Virus record (IMG/VR): IMGVR_UViG_3300012007_000010
Coordinates: 1 to 64,000 of that record
Strand: one strand, 5' to 3'
Length of the DNA: 64,000 bases
Source: a virus
Lineage: Duplodnaviria; Heunggongvirae; Uroviricota; Caudoviricetes
In this document: in pieces, positions 26,716-35,614 of the stretch
Position numbering within the stretch: the stretch's first letter is position 1
How the letters are laid out: each line of letters begins with the position of its first letter
The notes under the pieces: generated by a model
Database searches by the model: none
What the model was told of the DNA's origin: nothing
What the model saw: the letters and a program-made list of their open reading frames with translations, nothing else
Translations under genes and position numbers: made by a program

Positions 26716-27882
26716 ATGGCAAGCAATATTGTGACAATCAGTGGCATGTTCGGCAACGGCAGAACTTACTTTGCCGACAGTCCTGTGGTGATAGACATCA
26801 GCGGACTACGATGGAGTAAGGAAGGGCAACCCGTGACCAGTCCGTTTACCATCGTCCGCGTGAAGGTCCTTCGGAACGGTGAAGTAGTAGGCGAATTCAA
26901 GGGTGATACAGGTGGTCAGACGAGTATATCGTTCGACATCTCGTCGGCACTCCGGGCCATCTGGAGCGACTTCGACTACGACAAGGAGGTGGCGGCGGCG
27001 AAGAGCGCGGCGGCACATCGGCTGACGGCGAAGGCGTTTGCGCCGTCGGGCGACGGCTATCAGGATGGTGTGCGCCGCTACCGCGAGTATTATCTTCAAG
27101 TATATACTGAGTATCTGGCAAGCGACGATGGCGGTGTGTTCACACAGACGCAGTACACCGACGAGGACGGTAACGCAAACATCCCCGGCGGACAGTGCTG
27201 CATCGGCGGCATGACGGAGTGGGAGCGCATGAAAGCAGTGGAGGACAGTGGCGGTGCGGACAATGCCGACGTGTCTTATCACGAACACAAGAACCGGCGC
27301 AACGGCGACGCGAGCAACAAGCCGACCGACATGCCGGAGCGCGTTGGCAGCATGAGCATCACGTCGTGGGTGGACGTTCAGAGCGGTGGCACGCAGTGCG
27401 TCTATTACCCAGTAAATGCCGATCCCGCCACCGACCAGCAGACACCTCACGCCCCGCTCGTATTGCGCGACAGCGTGCCGTATGTCGATTTCCTCTTCCT
27501 GAACCGGCGCGGAGCCGTCGAGACGTGCAGCGGGCAGACATTAGAGTCGATGGGTATCAACGTGAAGGTGACGCAGTACAGCCGCACGGAGCGCCCGTCG
27601 TTCAACCCTGTGCGCTCGCTGATGGCCATCGGGCAGGACGGGCGACGGTCGTGGCAGATGTCAAGCGGTTACGTCACGCGAGAGTGGGCCGAGTGGTGGG
27701 CACTGGAGTTCCTCGGCGGTAAGCGCAAGCAGTGGTGGATGCGGTACCCCATCGGCGACGCTAACGGAACGTATGTCCCCGTCATCGTGGAACCGGCGAA
27801 GCAGAACATCAGTATCTACGACAGGTCGAAGCAGAACATGGCGCACGTGGACTTCACCGTGACGCTGGCACTGGAGGGGTAG
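26716..27882 (+). CDS. tail / baseplate-associated protein (388 aa)
   Basis: ORF that follows the fibre gene with a 12-bp gap. No motif recognised. Confidence 0.55.
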   Translation: MASNIVTISGMFGNGRTYFADSPVVIDISGLRWSKEGQPVTSPFTIVRVKVLRNGEVVGEFKGDTGGQTSISFDISSALRAIWSDFDYDKEVAAAKSAAAHRLTAKAFAPSGDGYQDGVRRYREYYLQVYTEYLASDDGGVFTQTQYTDEDGNANIPGGQCCIGGMTEWERMKAVEDSGGADNADVSYHEHKNRRNGDASNKPTDMPERVGSMSITSWVDVQSGGTQCVYYPVNADPATDQQTPHAPLVLRDSVPYVDFLFLNRRGAVETCSGQTLESMGINVKVTQYSRTERPSFNPVRSLMAIGQDGRRSWQMSSGYVTREWAEWWALEFLGGKRKQWWMRYPIGDANGTYVPVIVEPAKQNISIYDRSKQNMAHVDFTVTLALEG

Positions 27883-27918
27883 CCTGCCCTTGATTTCGGA
27901 TTCCTATTTACCGATATT
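27883..27918 (+). promoter_or_regulatory. late-promoter motif copy (CCTGCCCTTGATT-N-GATATT)
   Basis: cctgcccttgat ttcggattcctatttacc gatatt, upstream of the 27967 gene. Confidence 0.5.
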
Positions 27919-27966
27919 CAATATTGTAACACAGAACGAAATAATGTCTTAACTCGAAAAAGTGAA

Positions 27967-28326
27967 ATGAATCAAGTAATGATTGACCTCTGGCCCCTGT
28001 TGGTGCCGATATTGCTGGCAGCCGTGGGATGGCAGTGGCGCGAGAATCACCAACTGAAGATCCGCGTGGCTGTACTGGAAACAACTGTTGAGAACTTAGA
28101 GACTACGTTGACGAACATACAGAAGCGGCAGGACTCGCAGTCGAAGAAGCAGGATGACATCCTCGACCGCATACAGTCGATGGAGTCGGAGGTGCTGGAA
28201 CGAATGGGCAAGACCGACAGCAGCATCTCGTCGCTGTCGGCGCAGGTGAAAGGCTTGCACGACCTGCTGGTAGTGTCGGACTTCGGTATTCACACCAAAC
28301 ATAACAGTCATGGGCGAGAAGATTAA
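27967..28326 (+). CDS. membrane-anchored coiled-coil protein (119 aa)
   Basis: N-terminal TM (LWPLLVPILLAAVGW) then heptad repeats. Confidence 0.5.
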   Translation: MNQVMIDLWPLLVPILLAAVGWQWRENHQLKIRVAVLETTVENLETTLTNIQKRQDSQSKKQDDILDRIQSMESEVLERMGKTDSSISSLSAQVKGLHDLLVVSDFGIHTKHNSHGRED

Positions 28327-28672
28327 GAACACTGGAAGCGAACTGAAGAACCGCTGGCTGATGAAGATGCCACGCTTCTTCCGCATGATAGCCATCGGTG
28401 CCATCAATATTATCGTGGCAGCTACGGCGGTCAACTTCGGAGTGCCCGCGCTTGGCGGAACACTCTATGAATGGTGGGGCGACGTCTATACCCACATTCT
28501 CGTTGGTGCCATCTGCACGCTCGTGACGTGCAAGGTGACGGTGGCCGGTGGCTACAAGAACATTGACACCGACGAGCTGCTGCGCGGAAAGATAGAGCGG
28601 CACATACAGATGGAACGCGACATAGACGAAGACACCGACGGCGAACAGCCGGGGGAAGGGCAAGAAGAGTAG
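28310..28672 (+). CDS. small membrane protein (120 aa, 2 TM) with acidic C-terminus
   Basis: MIAIGAINIIVAATAVNFGVPALGG and ILVGAICTLVTC hydrophobic helices. Confidence 0.5.
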   Translation: MGEKIKNTGSELKNRWLMKMPRFFRMIAIGAINIIVAATAVNFGVPALGGTLYEWWGDVYTHILVGAICTLVTCKVTVAGGYKNIDTDELLRGKIERHIQMERDIDEDTDGEQPGEGQEE

Positions 28673-28808
28673 TGTTTTCTTCATAGTATTTGCATGGGGC
28701 GTAGCGACGCCAGAAAATTGTTTTAGGTTAGTAATAGTTTTAGGTTTTTAGTTATTGGTAAAAAGGGAAGGCCGTTGCCCGTGATGGGTAGCGGCCTTCT
28801 GACTTTCC

Positions 28809-28843
28809 CTGCCCTTGACCGCTACGGGCTGACATCGTATCTT
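28809..28843 (+). promoter_or_regulatory. late-promoter motif copy (CTGCCCTTGACC-N18-TATCTT)
   Basis: ctgcccttgacc gctacgggctgacatcg tatctt, upstream of the 28876 ORF and the fibre operon. Confidence 0.45.
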
Positions 28844-28875
28844 ACCGTCAGATTGTTTCACGAATAAATACTATT

Positions 28876-29037
28876 ATGGCAGACAACAACAGAACCAAAG
28901 TAGATCCTCGCTTCCTGAAGTACGATGCTTCAGAAGTAGAAGCGCTCCTCGACAAAGTAAACGCGCAGCAGGTGGCCGACGAAGCCGACATCCGCGCAAT
29001 GGTTACTGACTACGAAACCGCAGAGAGCGGTGAGTAA
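28876..29037 (+). CDS. small hypothetical protein (~53 aa, MADNNRTKVDPRFLKYDASEVEALLDKVNAQQVADEADIRAMVTDYETAESGE)
   Basis: Hand-translated ORF immediately downstream of a late-promoter motif. Below the ORF-track cutoff. Confidence 0.35.
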   Translation: MADNNRTKVDPRFLKYDASEVEALLDKVNAQQVADEADIRAMVTDYETAESGE

Positions 29038-29051
29038 AGAACAAACTGACT

Positions 29052-29438
29052 ATGGCAAAGACAACAGACCTCAGCAGCCTGAAGCATGTTCTCGCCCATC
29101 AGCTGCACCTCTATTACGAACCACAAGACGACGGCACCAATGTGCTGCGCCACATCCGCGTGAACCAGCGCACGTTCAATGTGCCGTCCGACGGAATCAC
29201 CATCGACACCCTTCCCGATGACTTCATCGGCTCCGAGCACATCAAGGACGGCACCGTGCAGGAGCAGGACCTCAGCCAGCAGCTGAAGAGCGGGCTGGTG
29301 AAAGCAGCTGAGAAGGGAACCAACGGCGGCATTGCCACGCTTGACAGCGACGGCAAGGTGCCAGCCGCCCAGCTGCCACAGCCGACAGTGGCCACGGAGG
29401 AAGACGTGCGCGGCATTGTAAGTAATTACACTGAATAA
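29052..29438 (+). CDS. tail fibre protein with phage tail-fibre repeat motif (128 aa)
   Basis: GGIATLDSDGKVPAAQLP matches the conserved phage tail-fibre repeat (GGvagLd.nGkvP..qLP). Confidence 0.6.
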   Translation: MAKTTDLSSLKHVLAHQLHLYYEPQDDGTNVLRHIRVNQRTFNVPSDGITIDTLPDDFIGSEHIKDGTVQEQDLSQQLKSGLVKAAEKGTNGGIATLDSDGKVPAAQLPQPTVATEEDVRGIVSNYTE

Positions 29439-29468
29439 TAAAAATAACAACACAAACAAAAAACGATT

Positions 29469-30959
29469 ATGGCAAATACAGACTTAATTACCCGTGGCTT
29501 GCTCGACGCATTCCACAAAGAACTGCGAAAGGGCCTGAAAAATGGCAGCGTAGAAGTAAGCGCACAGAAAGCCAAGGATGAGACTTTGGCAGCTATCAAA
29601 GAAGCGCTTGAGAGTGGGGTTATCACCCCCGCCGTGGCTCACAACCTGGCATCATGGGATGGCGCGTCGACAAACGCCGACTACACGCAGACTTTGCCCG
29701 TCGACACCACCGGCGGCGACCTGAGTATCGACAGTGGCGTTCCGGCACGTCTGGTGAGCATCGGTGCAAAGACCGACTTCTCGGCCTCAGTGCTCTGGGC
29801 TACAGGATTCAATCTGCTGCGTCGCGCCCGCACCGTGGGCAGCGGCTATGCTATCATGGTGCCCGCCATGCCTTATTCGGAAATCGGTCACGCCACAACC
29901 CCCAACGGACTGCTGTTTACCGACGAGAATGGGGAGAACCTGCGCCCGACGGTGCGCTTCAAGCCGCTGTCGGCAGGGGTGCCCACCAGTGTCAGTGACG
30001 GCACGGAGTGCGCATACACCGATGCCACGCAGAACGGCAAGACCTACCGCTTCTACAACACCGCGCAGGCAGGCTGGCTGGTCATCAGCGGCATCACGCT
30101 CTCGAAGACCTGTGCGCATATCGGCTGGAGCCGCCGCTACGACGACTATGTGGCCATCGACGACGCCGGCGACGCCGGCTCGGAGATTGCGCTGACCGCC
30201 GTCATCGAAGCATGCCATTCGTTCGGCCAGATGCTCGTCGTCGGCAACGCATCCGACACCATCGAGGTCGTCAGCGACACGCAGCTGCGCTGGATTCGCA
30301 ACGTAGACCGCGTGCAGCCCTCGTGGTCGAACACGGAAACGGAAGGCACCGACGGCACCGTCACCTATCTGCACACCGCCATCATCGCCGGCATGAAGCA
30401 GGGCGGCAGCGCGGCCTTCCAGAACGAGGGCCAGGCACTCACCATAGACGGGCAGACCGTCAGCTATAGCGACCAGAACGAAGCTGCCCTGACCGACTAT
30501 GTGAAGTATGAACTGGCCACCGCCGCCACCGGTACCGTGGATATCGGAACGACGCTGACCGTGGAAGACTGGGGTATGATAGTGCTGCAGACCGCCGTCG
30601 GCGAGGCCTACGTCTCTATTGCCTACGCCCAGGGACTGCCCGACACGCTGCGTTCGCTGGCCGGCTCGCTCGACTCGCACAAGCTGCAGGTGCTGGTGGA
30701 AGCCATCGCAGGGCTGCACTATGAGGTAAACGCGCTGCGTCGCACACTCGCCGAGGGGCAGGCCGCACTGAAGGCCATCACCTTCGACTCTGAAGACGGC
30801 TTCATGATCATGGGACAGAAGATGTTCGATATCGTCAGTGCTGCCCCCACCGAGATTCCGAAGGCCGTAGGCCTGGTGCGCTTCAATGCCGAGACGGGCG
30901 CCTGCTACCTGAGCAAGGCTGTCACAAACTCTACGGGCGACTGGGCGCTCATCAAGTAA
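29469..30959 (+). CDS. tail fibre protein (496 aa)
   Basis: Long Thr/Gly/Ala/Asp-rich ORF in the fibre operon. The embedded antisense ORFs are artefacts. Confidence 0.6.
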   Translation: MANTDLITRGLLDAFHKELRKGLKNGSVEVSAQKAKDETLAAIKEALESGVITPAVAHNLASWDGASTNADYTQTLPVDTTGGDLSIDSGVPARLVSIGAKTDFSASVLWATGFNLLRRARTVGSGYAIMVPAMPYSEIGHATTPNGLLFTDENGENLRPTVRFKPLSAGVPTSVSDGTECAYTDATQNGKTYRFYNTAQAGWLVISGITLSKTCAHIGWSRRYDDYVAIDDAGDAGSEIALTAVIEACHSFGQMLVVGNASDTIEVVSDTQLRWIRNVDRVQPSWSNTETEGTDGTVTYLHTAIIAGMKQGGSAAFQNEGQALTIDGQTVSYSDQNEAALTDYVKYELATAATGTVDIGTTLTVEDWGMIVLQTAVGEAYVSIAYAQGLPDTLRSLAGSLDSHKLQVLVEAIAGLHYEVNALRRTLAEGQAALKAITFDSEDGFMIMGQKMFDIVSAAPTEIPKAVGLVRFNAETGACYLSKAVTNSTGDWALIK

Positions 30960-30997
30960 TATCGTAAATAATAAATCATCAAATAGTAAATTACATT

Positions 30998-32332
30998 ATG
31001 GCTATCAAGAAAGTAAACAACCTCTCTGAGTATGCTGCCAAGCCAAAGAGCAGCACCGAGACGACGCTTACGGGCGTGACCGACGGCAACGAGCTGCGCG
31101 TTGACGGCATCAACGTGCGAGTCGGCACTCCCGCCCTGGGTGATGCAGTCTATGAAGACGCCAATGGCTACTACTTTTACAAGGGTGGTGACCGCCTGAA
31201 CCACACTCTCCTCACTGCCGCCGGACTGACTGCCGTCGGGCCGGTGTGCGGATTCTACGGCGGCAAGGCCGTGGTAATGAACGGTACCGAGGCCGACCGC
31301 AAGTATGCCGACGTGCTGCAATACACCATCACCGCCATCACCAGCACCACGCCAACCATCAATCTCCGCTTCCGAGACACGTCGAAGAGCGGACAGGCGC
31401 AGTATGACAGCAACATCCCCGTCACACCTACGCTCACCTCTACCGACATCAACGCCACCACCGCCGCCGAAATCAGCGCCGCCGTGGCTGCCAAGGCCGT
31501 CGAGGTGGGCGACACGCAGGCATGGTGGGCCTATCTGGCCGATGCCGACGGCAATAAGGTGGACGAAGACGGTACGTGCATCATCATCCAGTGCGACGTG
31601 TGGAGCAACTACAATCAGTACAACGTCAGCGGCTCCGGCCTTACCGTCAAATTCACCACGTGGGGCGACATGCCCGCCAACAGCTGGTATAAGAAACTGA
31701 ACGGCAAGACCACGAGCTATCGCGGTCTGTTGAATATCGCCAGTGGCGCAACCTACTTCGGCACCGAAGGACGTGTGCCGACGTCCGACATCGCAGTGGG
31801 CAGCGAGGCCGGTGATACCAGCCCCGTGAAGCGCGAGGAGTTCAACACCTCGGCATTCTGCACCGCCATCCGCAATCATTACAAAACCTACGAAGCCTAC
31901 CTGCATGGCGAGTTTGACATCCCCTACCCGCAGAAGTGGGGCTGCTTCGGCCTGCCGCACGCAAAGGAACTGACGCTGAAGTATGCGTTGAAGACCGCTC
32001 CCACCAAGAACGGCGGCGAGAAGTACAAGTTCCCAGCCATGTACTATGCCTACAACACCTCCTACGGCATCGACGGCCTGGACTTCGGCGACTGGTATCT
32101 GCAGGGTGTTCACGAGGGCGTTCAGTTCATGGACGACGCCAACATAGCCGTCATCAACCGCACGCTGTCCAAGATGGGTAAGTCTACCATTAGTACCGGC
32201 ACGCACCGTTGGTTTGCTCAGAGGGACAACGCGGACGGCGCTTGGATCTTCAGCGGCTACAGCGGCACCTTGGGCTACAACCACGTGAACCGCACGTTTC
32301 GTGCGAGGGCCCTTGCGCTATTGAATTTTTAA
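30998..32332 (+). CDS. DGR target protein: receptor-binding tail fibre with C-terminal variable repeat (444 aa)
   Basis: C-terminus ...TGTHRWFAQRDNADGAWIFSGYSGTLGYNHVNRTFRARALA is the VR counterpart of the TR 750 bp downstream. Confidence 0.8.
   Translation: MAIKKVNNLSEYAAKPKSSTETTLTGVTDGNELRVDGINVRVGTPALGDAVYEDANGYYFYKGGDRLNHTLLTAAGLTAVGPVCGFYGGKAVVMNGTEADRKYADVLQYTITAITSTTPTINLRFRDTSKSGQAQYDSNIPVTPTLTSTDINATTAAEISAAVAAKAVEVGDTQAWWAYLADADGNKVDEDGTCIIIQCDVWSNYNQYNVSGSGLTVKFTTWGDMPANSWYKKLNGKTTSYRGLLNIASGATYFGTEGRVPTSDIAVGSEAGDTSPVKREEFNTSAFCTAIRNHYKTYEAYLHGEFDIPYPQKWGCFGLPHAKELTLKYALKTAPTKNGGEKYKFPAMYYAYNTSYGIDGLDFGDWYLQGVHEGVQFMDDANIAVINRTLSKMGKSTISTGTHRWFAQRDNADGAWIFSGYSGTLGYNHVNRTFRARALALLNF
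32195..32317 (+). repeat. DGR variable repeat (VR), 123 bp
   Basis: Aligns base-for-base with 33079..33201. All but one of ~22 mismatches fall where the TR has A. Confidence 0.8.
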
Positions 32333-32343
32333 TCTTAATCGCT

Positions 32344-32401
32344 CCGCGCCCATCCCGTAAGGGTGTGGCGCGGGCGTCATAACGCCGCCCCTTGGGGCGG
32401 C
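32344..32401 (+). terminator. two GC-rich hairpins immediately 3' of VR
   Basis: CCGCGCCcatCCC gtaa GGGtgtGGCGCGG, then the perfect palindrome GCCGCCCC tt GGGGCGGC. Confidence 0.45.
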
Positions 32402-32498
32402 TCGCAATCAGTGAAACAATATACCGACTACGACACCTATCTGCAGGACGCCTACGAACAGCAGGCCGACAGGTGGCGCGGAATAACAAGAACGCAAA

Positions 32499-32894
32499 AT
32501 GAATCACGGAACAAAGCCGAGACCAGGCGGCAATAAAGCCAAAAACGACAAGTCGAGCATACTGGTAGATGCCAAGATGCTGCTCAGGATTTACAATCCC
32601 ATCTTCCAGCACATGCCGAAGATAGAGCGCATCGACGGCCTCGGAGCCGACATGCGGCGTGCCATCCTCGACATCATCAGCCACTTCTCAATAGCCTACG
32701 AGTGCGAAGAGGTGCGGCAGCAGGAGATACGGCAGATGATAGGCAGCTACGGCAAGGCGATGGCCGTGTTTGATTTGCTGCGCGACCTTGGCGTGGTACC
32801 CGACACTGAACTGTATCTGATGGCGGAAAGGATGGACCGCATCGAGTGCGGCATCATGAAATGGCGCAATTCACTAAGAAGCTGTAAGTCTTAA
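32499..32894 (+). CDS. avd: accessory variability determinant (Avd)-like protein (131 aa)
   Basis: Small basic helical protein between VR and TR. YNPIFQHMPKIERIDG resembles the Avd YPIAQSIPRKHG segment. Position is canonical (target-avd-TR-RT). Confidence 0.65.
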   Translation: MNHGTKPRPGGNKAKNDKSSILVDAKMLLRIYNPIFQHMPKIERIDGLGADMRRAILDIISHFSIAYECEEVRQQEIRQMIGSYGKAMAVFDLLRDLGVVPDTELYLMAERMDRIECGIMKWRNSLRSCKS

Positions 32895-33078
32895 TTCCCG
32901 TCAGGAGCGGCGTCAGGTCCCGGCTTACGATGCTACGGGTTAGCATGCACACCGAAAGAGGTCGCCGTCAGCTACGGAATAAGATAATAGGGGACGCGGC
33001 TATCATTCCTGTCATTTGCGGCAGGCGTCGCGGCGGCTACGGCAGCCCGGCGATAGCAACATCGTAATGTCGTCCGAC

Positions 33079-33201
33079 ACCGGCACGAACCGTTGGTTTG
33101 CTCAGAGGTACAACGCGAACAACGCTTGGATCTTCAACGGCAACAACGGCAACTTGAACAACAACAACGTGAACAACACGAATCGTGCGAGGGCCCTTGC
33201 G
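33079..33201 (+). repeat. DGR template repeat (TR), 123 bp, AAC-rich
   Basis: Reads ...TGTNRWFAQRYNANNAWIFNGNNGNLNNNNVNNTNRARALA with ~15 Asn codons. The ORF-track '33016..33231 71 aa' is this TR, not a gene. Confidence 0.8.
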
Positions 33202-33259
33202 AAATTGTCTAAACGTATCATATTGGAATGACTTATAGTTTTCTTATCTGTTTAAAAAA

Positions 33260-34573
33260 ATGACCCTTCGAGAAAAAGCAACCATATTCAGGCATCAGTG
33301 CGACGTGATGGACGCTACCCGTAAGAATAAGCGCTACGGACGCGACTCCGTGGCCTTCGAGCGGCGTTGGGCCTCGCAGCTCTATAGCGACACGCAGGCA
33401 CGGCTGGGGCTTACGTTCCGGATAGAAGAGAATTACGTGTTCCTTACTTCGATTCCGCGCTGGCGGGAGATTTTTGCCACCTGCGCCTCCGGGCGCAACG
33501 CCGACCACGAACTGTGTGATGCACTGGAGCCGTATATTGAGCGCGAGTTGCACGAGCGCACGTTCAACAACCGCAAGAAGATGGGCAGCCAGGCAGCCAT
33601 CGACCGGGTTATGGAGGATGTCTTCGAGGTGACGCAGGGCTATACCCGTCCTGCCCGCATCATCAAGCTCGACCTCAAAGGATTCTTCCCTAATGCCAAT
33701 CTCGACGTTATGGAGCAGTTCTTCCTTCGCATCATCGACAAGTATCAGGACGACATCATTGCCAATGCTGGTATGTCGGGCGAATGTCCGCCGGCCTACG
33801 CCGCCGAATATCCTGCCTATCTGCGCTGGCTTGCGATGATTGTCATCCACTGCTGTCCCGCACGCCACTGTGAACTGCGCACGCCACGCACCCTCTGGCA
33901 TGAAAACATCGCCCCGGAGAAATCGCTCTTCGGCAAGCCCGACGGCATCGGTGCGCCAATAGGCCGTCTGCCGTCACAGAAAGGCATGGGTCTGTATGTG
34001 AACGACGAGGTGCGCTGGCTCAACGATGACTGCGGTGTGCGCACCACCTGCTTCATGGACGACTTCGTAATAGTAGTCACGGAAAGTCAGCATCGCTATG
34101 CGCTGTCACTTATACCAGCACTTCGTCGCCGGCTCGCCGCCAAAGGCGTTCGTCTGAACGAGAAGAAGTTCTACGACCAGCCATCCAAACGCGGGCTTGA
34201 GTTTCTCGGGTCACATATCCGCAACAACCGGCTGCACCTGAACGACTGCACCTATTGGCGCGGCATGGAGCGGTTGTGGTGGTTTAACGGCCTGTCGCCG
34301 GACTGGAAGTATCTGTTTCTTGAAAACTTCCTGTCGTCGGTCAACAGTTACTTCGGGCTACTGAAAACCCGCACAGACCACAAACGCCTGTTAGCACTGC
34401 TGCAGGTCGTCAATCTGGACTGGTGGTACTACTGCCACTACAATCCCCAACGCCAGTGCATCGCAGCCAACGAGAGTTACAGCCATCGCAACCTTATCAA
34501 CAGCAAATATCATTTATTAACCAACAAAAAGATTAAGCATTATGACACAACAGGAAAAGCAATCGCTGCTTAA
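33260..34573 (+). CDS. DGR reverse transcriptase (437 aa)
   Basis: RT motifs: IKLDLKGFFPNANLDVM (motifs 1/2), IGAPIGRLPSQ (DGR-RT signature GLPIGNLTSQ), FMDDFVIVV (YxDD box). Confidence 0.85.
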   Translation: MTLREKATIFRHQCDVMDATRKNKRYGRDSVAFERRWASQLYSDTQARLGLTFRIEENYVFLTSIPRWREIFATCASGRNADHELCDALEPYIERELHERTFNNRKKMGSQAAIDRVMEDVFEVTQGYTRPARIIKLDLKGFFPNANLDVMEQFFLRIIDKYQDDIIANAGMSGECPPAYAAEYPAYLRWLAMIVIHCCPARHCELRTPRTLWHENIAPEKSLFGKPDGIGAPIGRLPSQKGMGLYVNDEVRWLNDDCGVRTTCFMDDFVIVVTESQHRYALSLIPALRRRLAAKGVRLNEKKFYDQPSKRGLEFLGSHIRNNRLHLNDCTYWRGMERLWWFNGLSPDWKYLFLENFLSSVNSYFGLLKTRTDHKRLLALLQVVNLDWWYYCHYNPQRQCIAANESYSHRNLINSKYHLLTNKKIKHYDTTGKAIAA

Positions 34574-34790
34574 CGAGCAGTATCTTATCGTGAACAACGC
34601 CGAGGCAGAATTGAAGGCTACCGACTATATCGCAGCCAAGATTGCCGAGGGCAAGGCCACCAAGACCGAGTACAAGGAGAAGATTGAGCAACGCCAGCAG
34701 TGGCGAGATCAAATCAATGCCGCACAGGAAGAGATAGCCCGACTGGAGGCTGTCGAAACCGAGGACGATGCGCCACATCTCGATGAGTAA
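34542..34790 (+). CDS. hypothetical coiled-coil protein (82 aa)
   Basis: ORF that overlaps the RT 3' end by ~30 nt. Confidence 0.4.
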   Translation: MTQQEKQSLLNEQYLIVNNAEAELKATDYIAAKIAEGKATKTEYKEKIEQRQQWRDQINAAQEEIARLEAVETEDDAPHLDE

Positions 34791-34893
34791 GCAGCAGCAC
34801 CCGCCGCCTCTCCGGCGGGCATGCTGCCCTTGCGTCAAACGGCGCTCGCATTTATCTTAACACCAACACAACAACTTAACACCGATCAGAATT

Positions 34894-35283
34894 ATGACTA
34901 AGGCTAATTATTACAAAGGCGATGAGATTAAGTTCGCCATCAGACTCGAAGCCCCGGGCTTCTCTTTGGACGACGATGACTTCGACATCGAAGTCAAGTC
35001 TGGAAACACCAGCATCAAAGGCTACAAGGATGCGTCCAAGAGCCAGGACACCGATGTAGTCATCTTTAAGGAGACTGAGACGGTACAGCCAGAGACTCCC
35101 GAAGGAGAGGAACCTGCAGAGCCCGTCACCGTCAATACATGGTACGCTATCGTTGATACTTCTAAGCTTGCGATATCAAGCATGCGCGTCATCGCCACGG
35201 CATATATCGTCGATGCCAACGCCAATGACGGTGTGCGAAAGAATATCGCGGTAGAGACATTGGGGAAACTCGTAGAAATATAG
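34894..35283 (+). CDS. hypothetical acidic protein (129 aa)
   Basis: Protein-like ORF. Confidence 0.45.
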   Translation: MTKANYYKGDEIKFAIRLEAPGFSLDDDDFDIEVKSGNTSIKGYKDASKSQDTDVVIFKETETVQPETPEGEEPAEPVTVNTWYAIVDTSKLAISSMRVIATAYIVDANANDGVRKNIAVETLGKLVEI

Positions 35284-35287
35284 CACC

Positions 35288-35614
35288 ATGGCATGCCTTA
35301 ATTTCGACCTCACTCCGGTTCCATCAGCAGTGCTGACTGCTACCGTCGTCGCTGCAGCAACGCTTGAGGTGACGACGGAGGAGCAGCCGGCACTGGAGGT
35401 GACACCCGTCGAGCAGCCGTCGCTCGCCGTCACGCCAGCCGACCAGGCTGCACTCGCCGTCACACCCGTGCAGCAGGCAACGCTCACCCTCGGCGAGGTG
35501 TGTACCGTTAGCCGTGGTACCATCGTGGTGCTCGCCGCCAGCGACGGCCCGCTGCGCACCCGCGACGGCGGCTACATCCTGCTCAATCCGGCGACGAATC
35601 CGCCACAGTCATAG
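35288..35614 (+). CDS. hypothetical protein with four 10-aa tandem repeats (LEVTTEEQPA-like) (108 aa)
   Basis: 30-bp DNA tandem repeats at ~35370-35490. Confidence 0.45.
   Translation: MACLNFDLTPVPSAVLTATVVAAATLEVTTEEQPALEVTPVEQPSLAVTPADQAALAVTPVQQATLTLGEVCTVSRGTIVVLAASDGPLRTRDGGYILLNPATNPPQS

Noticed and set aside
29787-32284. Minus-strand ORFs 29787..30719 (310 aa) and 30905..32284 (459 aa) antisense to the fibre genes
   Set aside because: Gly/Ala/Val/Asp-rich antisense artefacts. The plus-strand genes carry the recognisable tail-fibre repeat and the DGR VR.
33016-33231. ORF-track CDS of 71 aa (MRQASRRL…NNNNVNNTNRARALAKLSKRIILE)
   Set aside because: It is the DGR template repeat plus flanks. 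The Asn run reflects AAC-rich TR sequence, not a protein-coding gene.
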